Of a DNA stretch of 64,000 nt, positions 40,860-55,286 are shown one piece after another. Positions within the stretch are counted from its first letter, which is position 1; every line of letters starts with the position of its first letter. The DNA is taken from assembly GCF_006345805.1 (NCBI RefSeq), contig NC_042999.1:155372001-155436000 (forward strand), written 5' to 3'. The notes under the pieces are model-generated. The model did not search any database. It was not told the origin of the DNA and saw only the letters and a list, made by a program, of their open reading frames with translations. This DNA is from Octopus sinensis (Eukaryota). A program made the translations under genes and the position numbers.

Positions 40860-41300
40860 CCTTAAGGTTAGGGGATTCACCCCTATTGCCAACATATTCT
40901 TCATACTGACCATGGCTATTCCTTTGGAGCTGTTCGGCTGTTTTACTTTCTTATTATTTGTGTGGATTATTTTAGAGTTGCTAATTGGCATAGGAAACCT
41001 TTCAATGATATTTTATATTCCTTGTATTATATCTGTCTTGAGAATTGAATTGTTTGCACATAGAATTCTTTACGTGGGCAGCCAATTTATAATTCTTCCT
41101 TAATTGCTTCAAGAATTAGAATGAAGAGAAAGTAGAGGGTGAGATCTGAGTTTGATGTGTCAGCAAAATAAGCTGCCAAGCAATAGGAAGGAGTGTTCTT
41201 GGCTTTGATATATTTTCTGCGAGCAACCAATCCTCCTTGCATACATTCCATACTGTCTTTGAAATGGTAACCACATGGGTTTTGTGAAGTCCTAAAGTCT
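40860..41300 (-). mobile_element. Very degraded RTE-like RT fragment
   Basis: Minus-strand LFILILEAIKEEL*IGCP resembles RTE SPLLFILVLEA....GCPWELLYADD. Confidence 0.35.
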
Positions 41301-42989
41301 AAGATTCTACGTCAAAAATAAAGACGAGTGGCAAATTGGGTGCTAACAGATGAAATTTAGAGAACCAAGGAATTTTGATTAATTAAAAGTGCCCCAGTAG
41401 TGAGGAGGAAACATCATTATGTTAATGATTAATTCTGGACCAGGAAGGCAGGGGAGATAATTCCTGGATTTATAATTAAAATTTGGTACACTTATGGCCT
41501 TGGCTGTGTGGTTGAGCGGTTCACTTCACAACCACGTGATTTTGGGTCAGTCCTACTGCATGGCACCTTAGGCAAGTGTATTCTATAATCATCCCAGACT
41601 GACCAAAGTAAATTTGTAGACAGAAACTATCAGAAGCCTGACGTTGTGTGTATATGTATATAGATATCCCGCCGAGGTCGACTTTGCCTTTCATGCTTTC
41701 AGTGTCGATAAATTAAGTGCCAATTGCGTACTGGAGCCGATCTAATCGACTAGCCCCCCACCCACAAAATAAATTTCGGGACTTGTGCCTAGAGTAGAAA
41801 AGTATATGTATATAGATATCTTTTACCTTTCATTTATTCCAGTTTTTGAACAGGACCGCGGCCATGCTGGGGCACTGCTTGAAGGGTTTAGTCAAACAAA
41901 TTGACCCTAGTACTAGTTTTTTGAAATCTGTTGCCTATTCTATCCTCTTTTTACTGGATCGCTAAATAAAAGGGGCGTAAACAAACTACCACAAGTTAGC
42001 AAGCAGTGTGCAGGGGACACACACACATGTATACTCCGGGATTCCGCACAGTTTCCATCCACAAATTCATTCATAAGGCATTGGTTGGCCCTAGGGCTAC
42101 AACAGAAGACACTTGCGACGAGTTGGCAGAAACGTTAGCACGACGGGCGAAATGCGTAGCCGTATTTCATCAGCCGTTACGTTCTGAGTTCAAATTCCGC
42201 CAGGGTCGACTTTACCTTTCATCCTTTCATGGTAGATTAAAGAAGTACCAGTTACGCACTGGGGACGATACAATCGACTTAATCCCTTTGTCTGTCCTTG
42301 TTTGTCCCCTTTATGTTTAGCCACTTGTGGGCAATAAAGAAATAAAAAGACACTTGCCCAAGGCACCTCGCAGTGAGACTGAAACCAAAACCTGTTGGTT
42401 GCAAAGCGAGCTTCTTAATCACATAGCCTTGTCAAGCTACCCCTTTACGATAAATTCACCTATGTACTATAAAAGCAAAGCAACCCACAGTCTCTTAGCA
42501 ACAACCTCTCCTCTGCTCCTCCGCATATATCGTTTGTTTCAGTTTTGTCTTTGGCCAACTTTATGTTAAGTTCTCAAGTGCTTATACAAGTTGTGACAGA
42601 AAAAGGTAAAGAGAGGGGCGGCGGGAGGGGGCGGGGAGATGTTTGCAGTTTTGAGACTCAACAACAAAACGATAAATTGATAAAAAGGAAAACTGATTGA
42701 TTGGTGGGTACAGGGAGAAAGTATATTCTTTTCTGCGGAGGCGCTATGGCCCAGTGATAAAGGCAGTCATAGGATCGCGGTTTCGACTCTCAGACCGGGC
42801 GTTGTGAGTGTTTATTGAGCGAAAACACCTAAAAGCTCCACGAGAATCCGGCAGGGTGTGGTAGAGAACCCTGCTGTACTCTTTCACCCCAACTTTCTCT
42901 CACTCTTTCTTCCTGTTTCTGTTGTACCTGTATTTCGATGATGATGATGATGGTGGTGGTGGTGATGGTGGTGGTGGTGATGGTGGTGC

Positions 42990-43291
42990 TTTGTTTGTTT
43001 GTTGAGCTGTCTGTAGTGGGAGAAGTCCGAAACGTGGTCCTTTGCTATTCGTAAGACCCGCAGAAGAGAAAGCGGGTCAACCCCCGACACCGAGAGCATC
43101 GACGGATGGATGAATGCGCATCCAGGCTCAGCGGTTGCGTAGGAAGTCGGGGACAAGAAACAGGAAGAAAGAGTGAGCCTCGTGGAGCTTTTAGGTGTTT
43201 TCGCTCAATAAACACACACAATCTGGGAATCGAAACCGCGATCCTCCGATCGCGAGTCCGCTGCCCTAACCACTGGGCCATTGCACCTCCA
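42990..43291 (-). mobile_element. tRNA-derived SINE (family C head) with distinct GC-rich body and (CAAA)n tail
   Basis: Family-C head on the minus strand joined to a body not seen in the other copies; tail-to-tail with a + strand copy at 42737-42935. Confidence 0.7.
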
Positions 43292-43441
43292 CTAATGCTG
43301 CTGGTGGTGGTGATGGTGATGATGATGATGAAGACGATGGCGTACGTGTAGTTTTGTAAGCTGCCAATTTAGAATTACACAAAAGGCTGGAAAGTTAGTT
43401 AAGCAATACGTCAACAGAATCACTGAAGTAGCAGAGCACAA

Positions 43442-43512
<71 letters not shown>

Positions 43513-45640
43513 AGAAAATATGAAATAATATATTTAAAAGTATGCGTGTATGTGTGTGTGCGTGTGTGTGTACAATAGAAATAATGCAAACTATATGAAT
43601 GAAGAGGAACACATGAAAAAACAGAATCCACCAGATATAAGAAATATGTATCTGGGGACTGAACCGAGAAAGTATTTAGTATTTAGCAATATGCGGGGGA
43701 GAGAGGGAGAGAGAGAAACACAGATGTTTAGCTGTTTCCTAAATATGTGGAATAGGAATGCGACGCAAAACATGCTTAGAAACGATGAGTTTATGAAAAT
43801 ATAAAAAATATTGTCACTGGAATAAAATACATGTGCAATTCTTCGACTCTGCAACTATACCGAATAAATTGGCTCTCGGGGATTCAGGGATAATTTGGAG
43901 AGGAATCTCATTAGGTTGGCTTTCAAAAGAAGAAATGTAAGAGAAGAATTTTTCAGAAAAGAAGTGCTTGCTTTGCGGGCAACCATCAAGATTCTGATCG
44001 TAATCAGCCTCTTAATTACTGTTGATTATTTCGAGTTTGTTTGATGTGAATTTGTTAACGAAGGAGAAATCCAGCTTGAATGGGAATTCTGCAAAGTACA
44101 TTTTCAATATCTGCTAGTAAGTCTTAAAAATAAAAAAGTACATAATCCTCCTCCTCCTCCTCATCATCATTTATATGTTCAATTTGCCATTCTTGCATGG
44201 GCCGGACAAAATCTATTGCTGCAGAGTTTCTAAGACCGGATGCGCTTTCCGTCACCAACCCTCACCTGTTTCCAAGGGAGGTGATATTCTCCGATGGCCA
44301 GATATGTTTTTCATGAAAGACTGGAAATGAACGATATTACTTGTATGACGGTGATGCTCATTTACAACCGTCACATGATGTCAAAATACGACAGACTCTC
44401 GGACTACACGACCTGACGAAAATTCTAACTGGGTTCCCCCTGCATGGTTACGCGCTGTTTATCTTGATATGAGGTCACCGTGTCGCGCACATATGGCTAT
44501 GATGCACATGCCTGGTGTACCCTTAACAGACGGGTAGTCATGATGGGTATATTGGGCTTTGTATATTTGTACCCCAGCGTCACTTTAATGGCGTGTGCTG
44601 CAATCTCATCCAATAATTACAATAATAATTTCTCTTATTAGCCACAGGGGCATAGATAAGGGGGACATCACACGCACTGACAGACAATTTGTGTAGGGAA
44701 TTACATAAAGAATAGGGAGAACGAAATGGAAAAAGCAATGAGATATATGAATACGCAGTACACAACAGTATGTGATAATACGAATGATGGAGCTCCCCTA
44801 ATACTGGAGAAACTCCAATACAGACCAATCAAAAACCTCACAGATCCAGGATTACCTTGACCACCAAAGACACGAACCTTCTCCTGCTCTCCAATCTACA
44901 GGTGCATACTTAGAGTAGAGCTATTCACTCTAACCATTTTTTCCCCCACAGTCACCATCAATAATTATTATATTGATGGTCACACCCGTCGATTTCCTCA
45001 TATGAGTGTTTGAAGGAGAGGATTTAAAACAATAAAGGGTTAAAAAAATGTTAAAAGAAAAGCTGCATTTATTTGTGATGGATCCATGAAGGGAATTTGA
45101 CTCCAGGAATGGATTTTACTAAGGATCACAATGGGGACACTGAATGAATTTGATTTTGCCTGGGATCAGAAAAATGTTTCTGTTTATTGCTGGATATATT
45201 ACTCTTTTACACATAACAGTTATTTGACGGCTGCCATGCTGGAGCACCGCCTTTAGTCGAACAAATCGATCCCAGAACTTGTTCTTTGTAAACTTTGTAC
45301 TTGATCTATTGGTCTCTTTTGCCGAACCGTTAAGTTACGGGGGCATAAACACATATACATATATGTACGTATGTGTATATATGTATATTTTACACACACA
45401 CACGACGGGTTTATTTCAATTTCCGTCTACCAAATCCACACTCACACTCTGTTATAGCCCGAGGCTATAACAGAAGATACTTGGCCATGGTGTTAAATTA
45501 AGCTGTAGGGATCTTAGTGATTGTTTCAACTTACCCTTATACCTAAGGATGGGTCTTCCTTTATCGCGGTATCCCTCTGCTTGTTGGCCATACAAAATAA
45601 TTTTCGACATGTGATCATCTTGCATTCGAACATCTTGTTC

Positions 45641-45692
<52 letters not shown>

Positions 45693-45694
<2 letters not shown>

Positions 45695-46140
45695 ATTGTG
45701 GCCACGTGATCAAGTTTAAGCCTGATCGCTCCATTTTTCTTTCTGGCTTTACAGTGTAAGCATGGCCGCTCCACTAGCAATGTGTAACAAAGAAGAACAA
45801 AGAGCAGTGATCCAATTTCTCTTATCGAAAGGTGTGTCAGGTGCTGAGATTCATCGGGGGCAGACAGAAGTGTGCATGAGTGGATCGAGAAGTTTAAAAG
45901 TGGTCGGTGAAGCGTGATGCGCGAAGAGGGAGCAGGACGCCCGTTAACCTCCGCCACAGACGAGAAGATTCAGCAAGCTCAAGAGATGGCAGTGGTGAAC
46001 CGGCTCACCATTACCATCTCACAGGTCGCTGCTCTTTGTTCTTTGTCGCACATTGCTAGTGGAGCGGGCGTGCTTACACTGTAAAGCCAGAAAGAAAAAT
46101 GGCGCGATCAGGCCCAAACTTGATCACGTGACCACAATAG
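45693..46140 (+). mobile_element. Mariner 5' fragment with inverted duplication (foldback)
   Basis: MAAPLAMCNKEEQRAVIQFLLSKGVSGAEIHR / SVHEWIEKFKSGR...GAGRP; 45693-45812 is the reverse complement of ~46024-46140. Confidence 0.8.
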
Positions 46141-46204
46141 CACCAACTATAAGCACGCATGCGCAGAAAGCAGTGCGACAATAATAAAGATGTTATGGCA
46201 GAAA

Positions 46205-46600
46205 CGGCGAGCTGCAGAAACGTTAGCACGCCGGGCCAAATGCGTAGCCGTATTTCGTCTGCCGCTACGTTCTGAGTTCAAATTCCGCCGAGGTCGACTT
46301 TGCCTTTCATCCGTTCGGGATCAATAAATTAAGGACCAGTTACGCACTGGGATCGATGTAATCGACTTAATCCGTTTGTCTGTTCTTGTTTGTTTGTCCT
46401 CTCTGTGTATAGTCCCTTGTGGATAGTAAAGAAATAGGTGTTTCGTCTGTCTTTACTTTCTGAGTTCAAGTTCCGCCGAGGTCGACTTTGCTTTTCATCC
46501 TTTCGGTGTCGATAAATTAAGTACTAGTTGCGTACTGGAGTCGATCTAATCGACTGCCCCCCCCCCTAATTTCGGGCCTTATGTCTAGAATAGAAAAGAA
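46205..46600 (+). mobile_element. Nin-domain-like SINE (family B), dimer
   Basis: Head plus two units with different tails. Confidence 0.8.
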
Positions 46601-48602
46601 AGGTTAGTACGCCGGGCGAAATACTTAGCAGTGTTATATATAAAGTCGCTGACTCGAATTTCATGTTTGTTCTATGATCAATGTTTCTTTATATTTCTAT
46701 GTGTGTGTGTGTGTGTGTTTGTATATGTTTGTGTGTCTGTGTTTGTCGCGCCCCCACCATCGTTTGGCAAGCGATGTCAGTGTGTTTATGTACCCGTAAC
46801 TTAGTGGTTCGGCAAAAAGGACCGATAGAATAAGTACTAGGCTTATAAAGAGTAAGTCCTGGGGTCGAAACGTTCGACTAAAGGCGGTGCTCCAGCATGG
46901 CTGCAGTCAAATGGCAAACAAGTAAAAGTAGACCATGGGTAAACAAAAATGGTTGAGAATCATTGGGCTATAATAAAACACTCTTGCCCAAAGTGCCACG
47001 CTGTGAGATTGAACCCAGAACCATCTCGTCCAGAAAAGAAACTTCTTAACCACGCAGCAACCCCTGCATCACAAGTAATTCCATTGCCACCTAGAGCGAG
47101 ATAATGCTACCACCCACTTTGGTTCACATTGACTCGGCTAACACCTTGTCAACTACATCATGCTGACACCTAGAATATACGATCAATTCTTCTGTGGAGG
47201 GGGTGATGGTGGCGGCGGCGGCGGCGGGAGTTGGGTGGGAGGTGAGGACGAAACGGAGCTTCTCTTACCCTCATCAGTGTCCACCCGCCCAACCAACTAG
47301 CGAACCACCTTATCAACTACACCATGCTGACAGTTAAGAATATACCACTTAACATCATTGTCTGGGGACCAAAATACTTGAGAACATGGAGAGAGAGAGG
47401 AGAGAGAGAGAGAGAGAGGAAAACGATGACGACAATGAGGAGTAGGCGGAGGAGGAGAACAATGGGAATGAAGAGGAGGAGATAAAGGAGGGGAAGTAGG
47501 AGGAGACAGGAAGAAGACTTAGAAGTCAACAACAGCAACAAAATAAACACGGATCGTGCAACCATATTTACCCCGTCTCCACCCATGCCGACCTCTACTA
47601 AAAACAGTAAATGTTATGTTATAAGAAGAAAACGGCCATTATTCAGTTTTAATGTCAGAAGGCAGTTTAGTGGCCACCCTGATTTATGTACTGTTTATAA
47701 CTTTATAAGAAATACCAGTAGCAGTAGGTGGGGTAGGGAAAGAATAACATCACCGCCGCCACCAGCACCACAAGCGGATCTGCAACCATTATTATGACTG
47801 CTACCATCACCAGCACCACCATTGCTACCACTCCTATGACCGTTACCTTCGTTATCACCACCATCATCGCCCCCACTACAACCACCACCACCTCCACCTA
47901 CTAATATCATGGTCACCGTCTCTATCACCATCACCACTATCTACAACAACATCACTATTACGACCATCGCCGTCGCCACCACCACCACCACCACCACTAC
48001 TGCACTACTACTTGTATTCAACATGCGCAACTATTAATCCAAGCAGGTTTTTTTTTTAATTCTTTCTCCGTCTGTTTTCTTTTCTCTCACCTCTCTGTAG
48101 AAGAGCGTAGGTTCGAAACGTCAAAGATTCTTCCAATTTTCTTAAGCGTCAAACTAATACAACTTTTTTATTGTTCCTTCACCTGGCTCTGTCTTTTGTA
48201 TTTAATTGTTTTTGTATAATTTTGAACCATACGTGTGTGTGTATGTGTGAACCATATGGTCCTGGGTTCAGTCCTACTGCGTGGCACTTTGGAGAATTAT
48301 CTTCCACTATAGCCTCGGGCCGACCAAAGCCTTGTGAGTGGATTTAGTAGACGGAAACTGAAAGAAGCCCATCGTATGTGTGTGTGTGCGTGTGTGTATT
48401 TATGTGTGTGTTTTTGTGTCTGTGTTTTTTCCTCCACCATCGCTTGACAACCGACGTTGGTATGTTTATGTACTCGTAAATTAGCGGTTCGGCAAAAGTG
48501 ACCGATAGAATAAGTACTAGGCTTTAAAAGAATAAGTCTTGGGGTCGATTTCTTCGACTACGAAAGGCGTTGTTCCAGCATGGCCGCTGTCAAATGACTG
48601 AA

Positions 48603-48700
<98 letters not shown>

Positions 48701-48701
<1 letters not shown>

Positions 48702-49600
48702 CTAGCTAACGTACCCAGTAATTCCGGGGAAGCGGAGCTTATCGTTTGGTTCCATTCTCATGTTTTGTAATCCAATAACAACAATACAAAGTATGTAGCC
48801 CTTAAAACGGTTTTTGTGCATTTACAGAGAATACCGAACTGTCTTACCTAGGAACTTGTTTTTAGGAATTCCCAATAAGTTATGAATACCCAAATTGTGA
48901 AGTTAGTTATGTAATAACATGAAATTAGTAAACCCGATAGTAAGAATTCAAATAAAGTAGTCCCGAAAAGGGCTTTAATGCGTTCTCAGAGTGTATAGAA
49001 CATAGGAGGATATACTAATAAGGTATGTATACTAAAATCGTGAAGCATATTACGTAATAACAAGCTAATCAGATATGAGATAACAATTCAAAGTAAATAA
49101 CTCTGAAAAGGGCTTTTGTGCGTCCTAGAGAATATTACTCTCAGGGGGGCTAGTGTTGGTATATTCGTGATTAAGTCACTAACCGAAATAAGTGGATCTA
49201 TTGTTTAGGAAAATACTATTTACTTGTTTACAGGTTGTACTGGATAAATTGCGAAAATAGCTCTAACAGTTTAAATACTGAGAAATAAGCATACTCAATT
49301 TCATTTTTAGCAAATAATTTAGGAAAATGAATGGGTTATTTCCCTTAGTTATATATAAGGATCCCTTCAAGGGGCAAATGGGTTATTTCGCCTGGTTTCT
49401 AAAGTAAAATATATTCTTTGTATATAAGGATCTCTTCCAGGGGCCCTATTATCGATTTTTTCAATAATCTGAGTATGCCATGAGGTTTCCAGACTACTCA
49501 CGTGTCAACTTTCATCAGAATCGATAAAACGGTGTAGGAAGAGTTACCTAACAACTCCACAAACACATCCACAGACAGAATTTCCCACATATGTAGTATA
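48701..49600 (+). mobile_element. Probable non-autonomous Helitron/Helentron-type element
   Basis: Starts ACTAGC...ACCC...GGG; internal diverged tandem units; ends AACTTTCATCAGAATCG...ACAGACAGA...TAGTATA in (TA)n, like DINE-1/Lep1-type elements. Confidence 0.55.
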
Positions 49601-49667
49601 TATGTGTGTGTGTGTATATATATATATGTATATATATATGTATGTATATATATGTTATATATATGTG

Positions 49668-49722
<55 letters not shown>

Positions 49723-49773
49723 ATATATGTAAAATATATTATATATATATATATCTATATATATATATATGCA

Positions 49774-49811
<38 letters not shown>

Positions 49812-49953
49812 TATATATATGCACATATATATATGCATATATATATATATGCACATATATATGCATATATATATATACATATATATGCACATATATATAT
49901 ATGCATATATATAAACATGCATACGTATACACACACACACACATATATATATG
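49598..49953. repeat. (AT)n compound microsatellite
   Basis: Visible directly. Confidence 0.95.
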
Positions 49954-50151
49954 CATCTATTAATCCAGACGTTATTTTTTTACTCTTGGTTTTCTCTCCT
50001 CGTTTGTCTTTGCAGAAGAGCGTAGGCTCGATCGAAACATCAAAGACTTTTTTCCGTTATTTCTAGACATTAAACTAATACACCTTGTTAGTTGTTTCCT
50101 CACCTGTCTCTTTTTTTTCTTTTTTGTTTCTTGTACAATTTCGAACCATTC

Positions 50152-50382
50152 TACACCAATCCTTCGCCATATCGCGGTTCACTTATCGCTGTTTATTACT
50201 TAAGCTTACGTCGATTCCTCCTTGGTGTTGCTTTGCATTTATAATAAAATAAATATAATACAAATTATAAAAATAATGATAAAAAATATACAGTACAGTA
50301 CTGTCTCTGTTTTGCGAATTTTCACATATCGCGGTGGGTGGTTTTGGAAAGTAACACCCGCGATAGTCGAGAGATTACTGTA
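50152..50382. mobile_element. Tigger/pogo-like MITE; related end at ~29450-29515
   Basis: Ends resemble CAGTAATC.CTCG.CATATCGCGG / CCGCGATAGTCGAGAGATTACTG-TA. Confidence 0.6.
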
Positions 50383-53300
50383 CTTGTATGTCTTGGTCTG
50401 TATGCTACACCGTTGACATCTTCACCCCTTGTAACTTTATCCCCCCCACCTCTACATATATCTCCCCCCGTCTTCCTCAACCCCTCTCTTATAATATGCA
50501 ATATTCCTTCAATAATTAAGGTGGCGACTTAGCAGAATCGTTACCGCGTTGGACAAAATGCTTAGCAGCATTTCTTCCGACTTTACGTTTTGAGTTCAAA
50601 CACCGCCAGGTGGCCATTTTACAGAAAGTATTGAATGCATTTTATTATAGCACCATCACTAGTGAGTTTGTCACAACCTCAGCAAAACTAAAGAATCTTC
50701 TCGACTCTCCGTTAAGATTCCTTACTTCTGGACAGAGGTGAGATGTTATAAACTTGTTCGTGTTGAGTGTTATACATTTTGTGTTGGCTACTCCTTCTGT
50801 GGTCTGTTTTTGTTTTAAGTACCCTTCGTAATGAGCGGGTCGGGTTTTTTTTGTAGTGTTAATTAAATTTTTAACGTTCCTTGGAGAGAGATCTGTGTTA
50901 GCTTTTATTTCATCTTTATTCTCCAGCTTATTAGCTATACTAATGATGTTTATGTTTTTGTGTTCAAAAGCTTGAACGTGAAAGTTGCTGACCTCTTTTT
51001 ATTTCTGCTGGAAATGTTAATTCACTGTCAAAATCTGGATTTCATATAAAGTTAATACAGACTTACGACTACCCTCCTTGTGTGGGGAATATAATCTATG
51101 TACACATTGATATTGAAATTTTCAGCTATACGAAGTAGTTTCCAACTTCTTACATTCATATCGCAACGTTCTTACATTTATGTCTTCAAGTAGAGAAATG
51201 TAGGTGTCAGGATAGGAACGACAAAGGTGTTGTGGGCGAAATGTTTCTTGTAGGCTTAGAGTTTTGATTATTGTATTGTCTTTATTTTCTTGCTTTCTCA
51301 TCTGTCAATGGTTCCATCGTACCTGACATTCACATCTTTTCCAGAATATTCTTATAGTTTCCACCTGGTTGTGAATATATGTATAATAGGTACAGGCGTG
51401 GTTCTGTGGTAAGGAGCTCGTTTCCGAATCGCATGGTTCCAGGCTCAATCCCACTGCGTTACTCCTCGAGGAAATGTCTCCTGCTACATTCTCGGATCGA
51501 CCAAAGCCTTGAATGGATTTGGTAAATGGAAACTGAAAGAAGCTCGTCCTATATATGTGTGTGTTTGTTTCCCACCACCCTTGACAACCGATCTTGGTGG
51601 GTTTACATACCCCGTGACTTAGCGGTTCGACAAAAGATACCGATATATTAAGTACCACGCTTTAAAAAAAGTACTGGGGTCGATTCATTCGATTAAAAAT
51701 TCAAGGTGGTGCCCCAACATGACCGCAGTCCAATGACAGAAACGAATAAAAGATAACAGATAATTGTTTAAGACTGTGTTGGGTCGACTGGAAATAAATA
51801 TAAAGGACGATTTAATCAACAATTTCATTCTTTCAGAAATCTATAAAGATTTTTGCATACTAGTTTTATCAAAATACACATAGTTACTGTGAACTAATAT
51901 TGTTAAAATCTATAAACTTAACAAACATCAGAATCAGAGTAATAATAGCCGTGACCACCACCTGTTAGAGAAAATAAATAAACTGTTTCAAAAACGTTGA
52001 ACAAATTTTCAGAATTGATAGCTTTTTTGTTGTCATAAATCAAAATATTTGCTAAAATATTTTCGGATTATTTAACTACTGAAAATCATAAAGTCGTGTA
52101 ATATGTTCAGCCATGTTATATTTCTTCCGATAGATAACGAATATTATTTTTTGATTGTCGTATATCAAAAAGAGAAACGCTCGGATGATACAATAACGTT
52201 ATATAATAACATTCTAACTACATCAAATAGTTTTATAGCTGTTAGGCGCTTTAACGCGCTTACTGAACAGTTTTGTTGGGGTTAAATATGCCGTTTATGC
52301 TTTTAAAAAAAGATGAAAATTAATTGGCCGGAAATAACGGCAGTTACATCCTATAATTTCATAAAGAGAACTGCTGCAATCCCTTAATTTTATGAACAGA
52401 ACTCTCTCATTACGCCGCATCTGCAGATACCTGCTTGTATAGTATCTTCTTAGTGATATCTTAGATATTGTGAAAATAGCGGCTGAGATACGTCATTCCA
52501 GCGTGCTACACTCAACATAAATGTGATTGTTTTCATCCTATATGATACATGTACATTTTATACATTATATCTCATAGATTTCGTTTTTGTATCTGGTTTG
52601 CAAGATTCTTTATGTGAATTCGTGTGTTGAAGCAAATTATGTTGTGTCTGGGGAGAATCATGTTGTCTTAATGCCTTACCGGTTCGATCTCCGCTCATTA
52701 TTTATATTTTTTCTTCCAAAATTTTCGTTGCTTTTGCAACCTTGTCAATGGATATTGTCTCTGTCCGTTAAAGAACGCAGCTCCAATAACGGACAGTCAA
52801 CATCCATTGACAAGGTTACATAGATTGTTTGCATGAAATTATGGGATCTCACTACTTAAACTACACGTTAACCCTTTTATTATTTAAAAAAATTTTAATT
52901 CAAGTTTTATCAGTGAAACAGGTCGCGGTCTGAAAGCGACGAAAATATTTTGACAAATTAAATTTAAATGTTGAAGTGAATCTAAAGGTCTTTGTGTGTT
53001 TCTTAAATGGCTTATAAACACCTTCCACGCTGCAATTGTTTTCGTTCCAGCACACGATCTCAGATCAGGTCACTTGCTATGCAAGTACATCTCCGTAATT
53101 AAATTTTAATGTTTTGTGAAAAATAAAAAAAATTAGTTTATATTTCGATTTATTCGCTAATTTTGGTAACTATTTTAGTAACACGAAGAACTCAGATTTG
53201 TGCACGTCCATTTGTATTTATTTTCGTTTTTCTTGTTAGATTGTGTTGCTTTGAGTTACTTTTTGGAAAGTCTGTGTATGTGTGCGCGCGCATACCACAC

Positions 53301-53484
53301 ACACACACACACACACATTACAGTAGCGTAGGTTGAATGTAGTGTTATAGAGTTGTTAAAATTATTTAAAAAGTTATTACAATGGAAATTCAAAATAAAA
53401 GACAGGAAACGGAAGTAAGGAAGACAAAACATGTAAACTATTGTTTTGTCTTCCTTCTGTTTTCACCTCTGTATATCCAATTTT

Positions 53485-53522
<38 letters not shown>

Positions 53523-54044
53523 CACTCGCAATATCCATACATAACTTACATGTAAACACAAATAACGTTTCTTAACTTCAGTTTTAGAACGAATCAATGT
53601 CATTCTCAGAAGTTTGAAGCTTTTATTTGACATTGCTAGTCTGAGTTCAGAGTTCAGCATATATTTGAAATATATCACGAAGATATATATAGTTCACAGC
53701 TATTTATTTATTTTCAGTTTATTCTGTTTATGAATTTGATGGGTTTCGTTAAAAATTCTTGAGGGAACATCAAGGCACCATTAAAAGCCATATTTTCATG
53801 TTCTTAATGTTATTTAACACCCTGATATAACAGTTTTATGTCCAAAGACATTCTAACCAGCGCTGGATTAACCACTAAGCAAAATCAGCACGTGTTTAGG
53901 GCACTATTTACCACAGAAATGGTAAATAGTTTACGATACAAAAATAATCACTTTAGATTTGCTAAAGTAACATTCGAAGTGGTTTATATGATCAGAAATA
54001 TAATTTCAAAGTGTTCATGGTGTCGTAATGAGGAGCTGATTAAA

Positions 54045-54519
54045 TTTTTTTTTTCGTAATGAGATAAAAAAAACCAAGGCTGTGTAGATTTTGGAACATT
54101 TATAAATAGAAGGTCTTACAGCTGTTTCTAGGATATTTATTATATATTGAATCAAGTGTTTTATTTAAATAAAACCCTTGATTCAATAACACTTTACGAA
54201 AAAAACTTGAAATGACCAATTTTAAATACTATTGGATTTTACTCATAAGGTATTGGAATCTTATATGTATCCCATTCTACCTAAATAATAGATTTACAAA
54301 TAAAATATCCCTGCATATCTCACATCTATTTTCATATCTCCACCTCACTCTCTCTTTCGTATCTTATCTAAATTAACTATTGCTTAACAATCTTCTCACA
54401 CCGTCTCCGATGAAGGGGTATAATAAATATCCTAGAAACAGCTGTAAGACCTTCTATTTATAAATGTTCTAAAATCTACACAGCCTTCGGTTTTTTTAAA
54501 TCTCATTACGAAAAAAAAC
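54045..54519 (+). mobile_element. Penelope-like short repeat with inverted terminal duplication and hammerhead-like motif (54403-54450)
   Basis: 54045-54144 is the reverse complement of ~54419-54519; motif GTCT-CCGATGA-A-GGGGTAT(AATAA)ATATCCT-A-GAAA-CAGCTG-TA-AGAC. Confidence 0.7.
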
Positions 54520-54686
54520 TTTTTATATACACACGCTGATATATGACCTAAGTTGGACCCCTTATTCGCATAATCACCGAATTTGGAACTTAACTATGGT
54601 CTATCCATAGGACTTATTCAGCATTACCTGACACCTTTGGGTCTCACTGACACATTACCTCTCATAACCTGTGTGTGTGTGTGTGT

Positions 54687-54730
<44 letters not shown>

Positions 54731-55167
54731 CCAGTCTTCCACACTGTTTCATTCGCAAGGCCCTACTTGATCCAGAACCGTTATAGAAGACCGTTATAGT
54801 TGCCCTAGGTGCAGTACTGGGGGACTGAACCTGAAACCACTTGCTAGCAAAGCAAACTTCTCAACCTCATAGTCATACCTATGCCTGGGTTTCCGTACTA
54901 TTTCTATCAACCGAATTCAGCACGCATTGTTTTGGTCAAACCTAAAGCTACAGCAGAAGATATTTGACGGAGTTGCAACGGAGTGGGATCAAATCCAGAA
55001 TCATGTTGTGAAGCGAACTTCTTAATCATACAACTACACCATCTGACCCACAAATATACAGACGTATATTAGAGAAAACGTAGCAGTGATTAAATGAATG
55101 GACGGACGGACGGACGGATGGATGGACCGGGCGATAGAGAGACAGGAAGACAGACAAATAGATAAAC

Positions 55168-55250
<83 letters not shown>

Positions 55251-55252
55251 AA

Positions 55253-55286
<34 letters not shown>

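Noticed and set aside
50651-50737. 87-nt phase-2/2 candidate exon (TITSEFVTTSAKLKNLLDSPLRFLTSGQ)
   Set aside because: No recognisable domain or phase-compatible neighbour; the opposite strand of 50640-51300 weakly resembles a decayed Penelope ORF, and neither reading is supportable.
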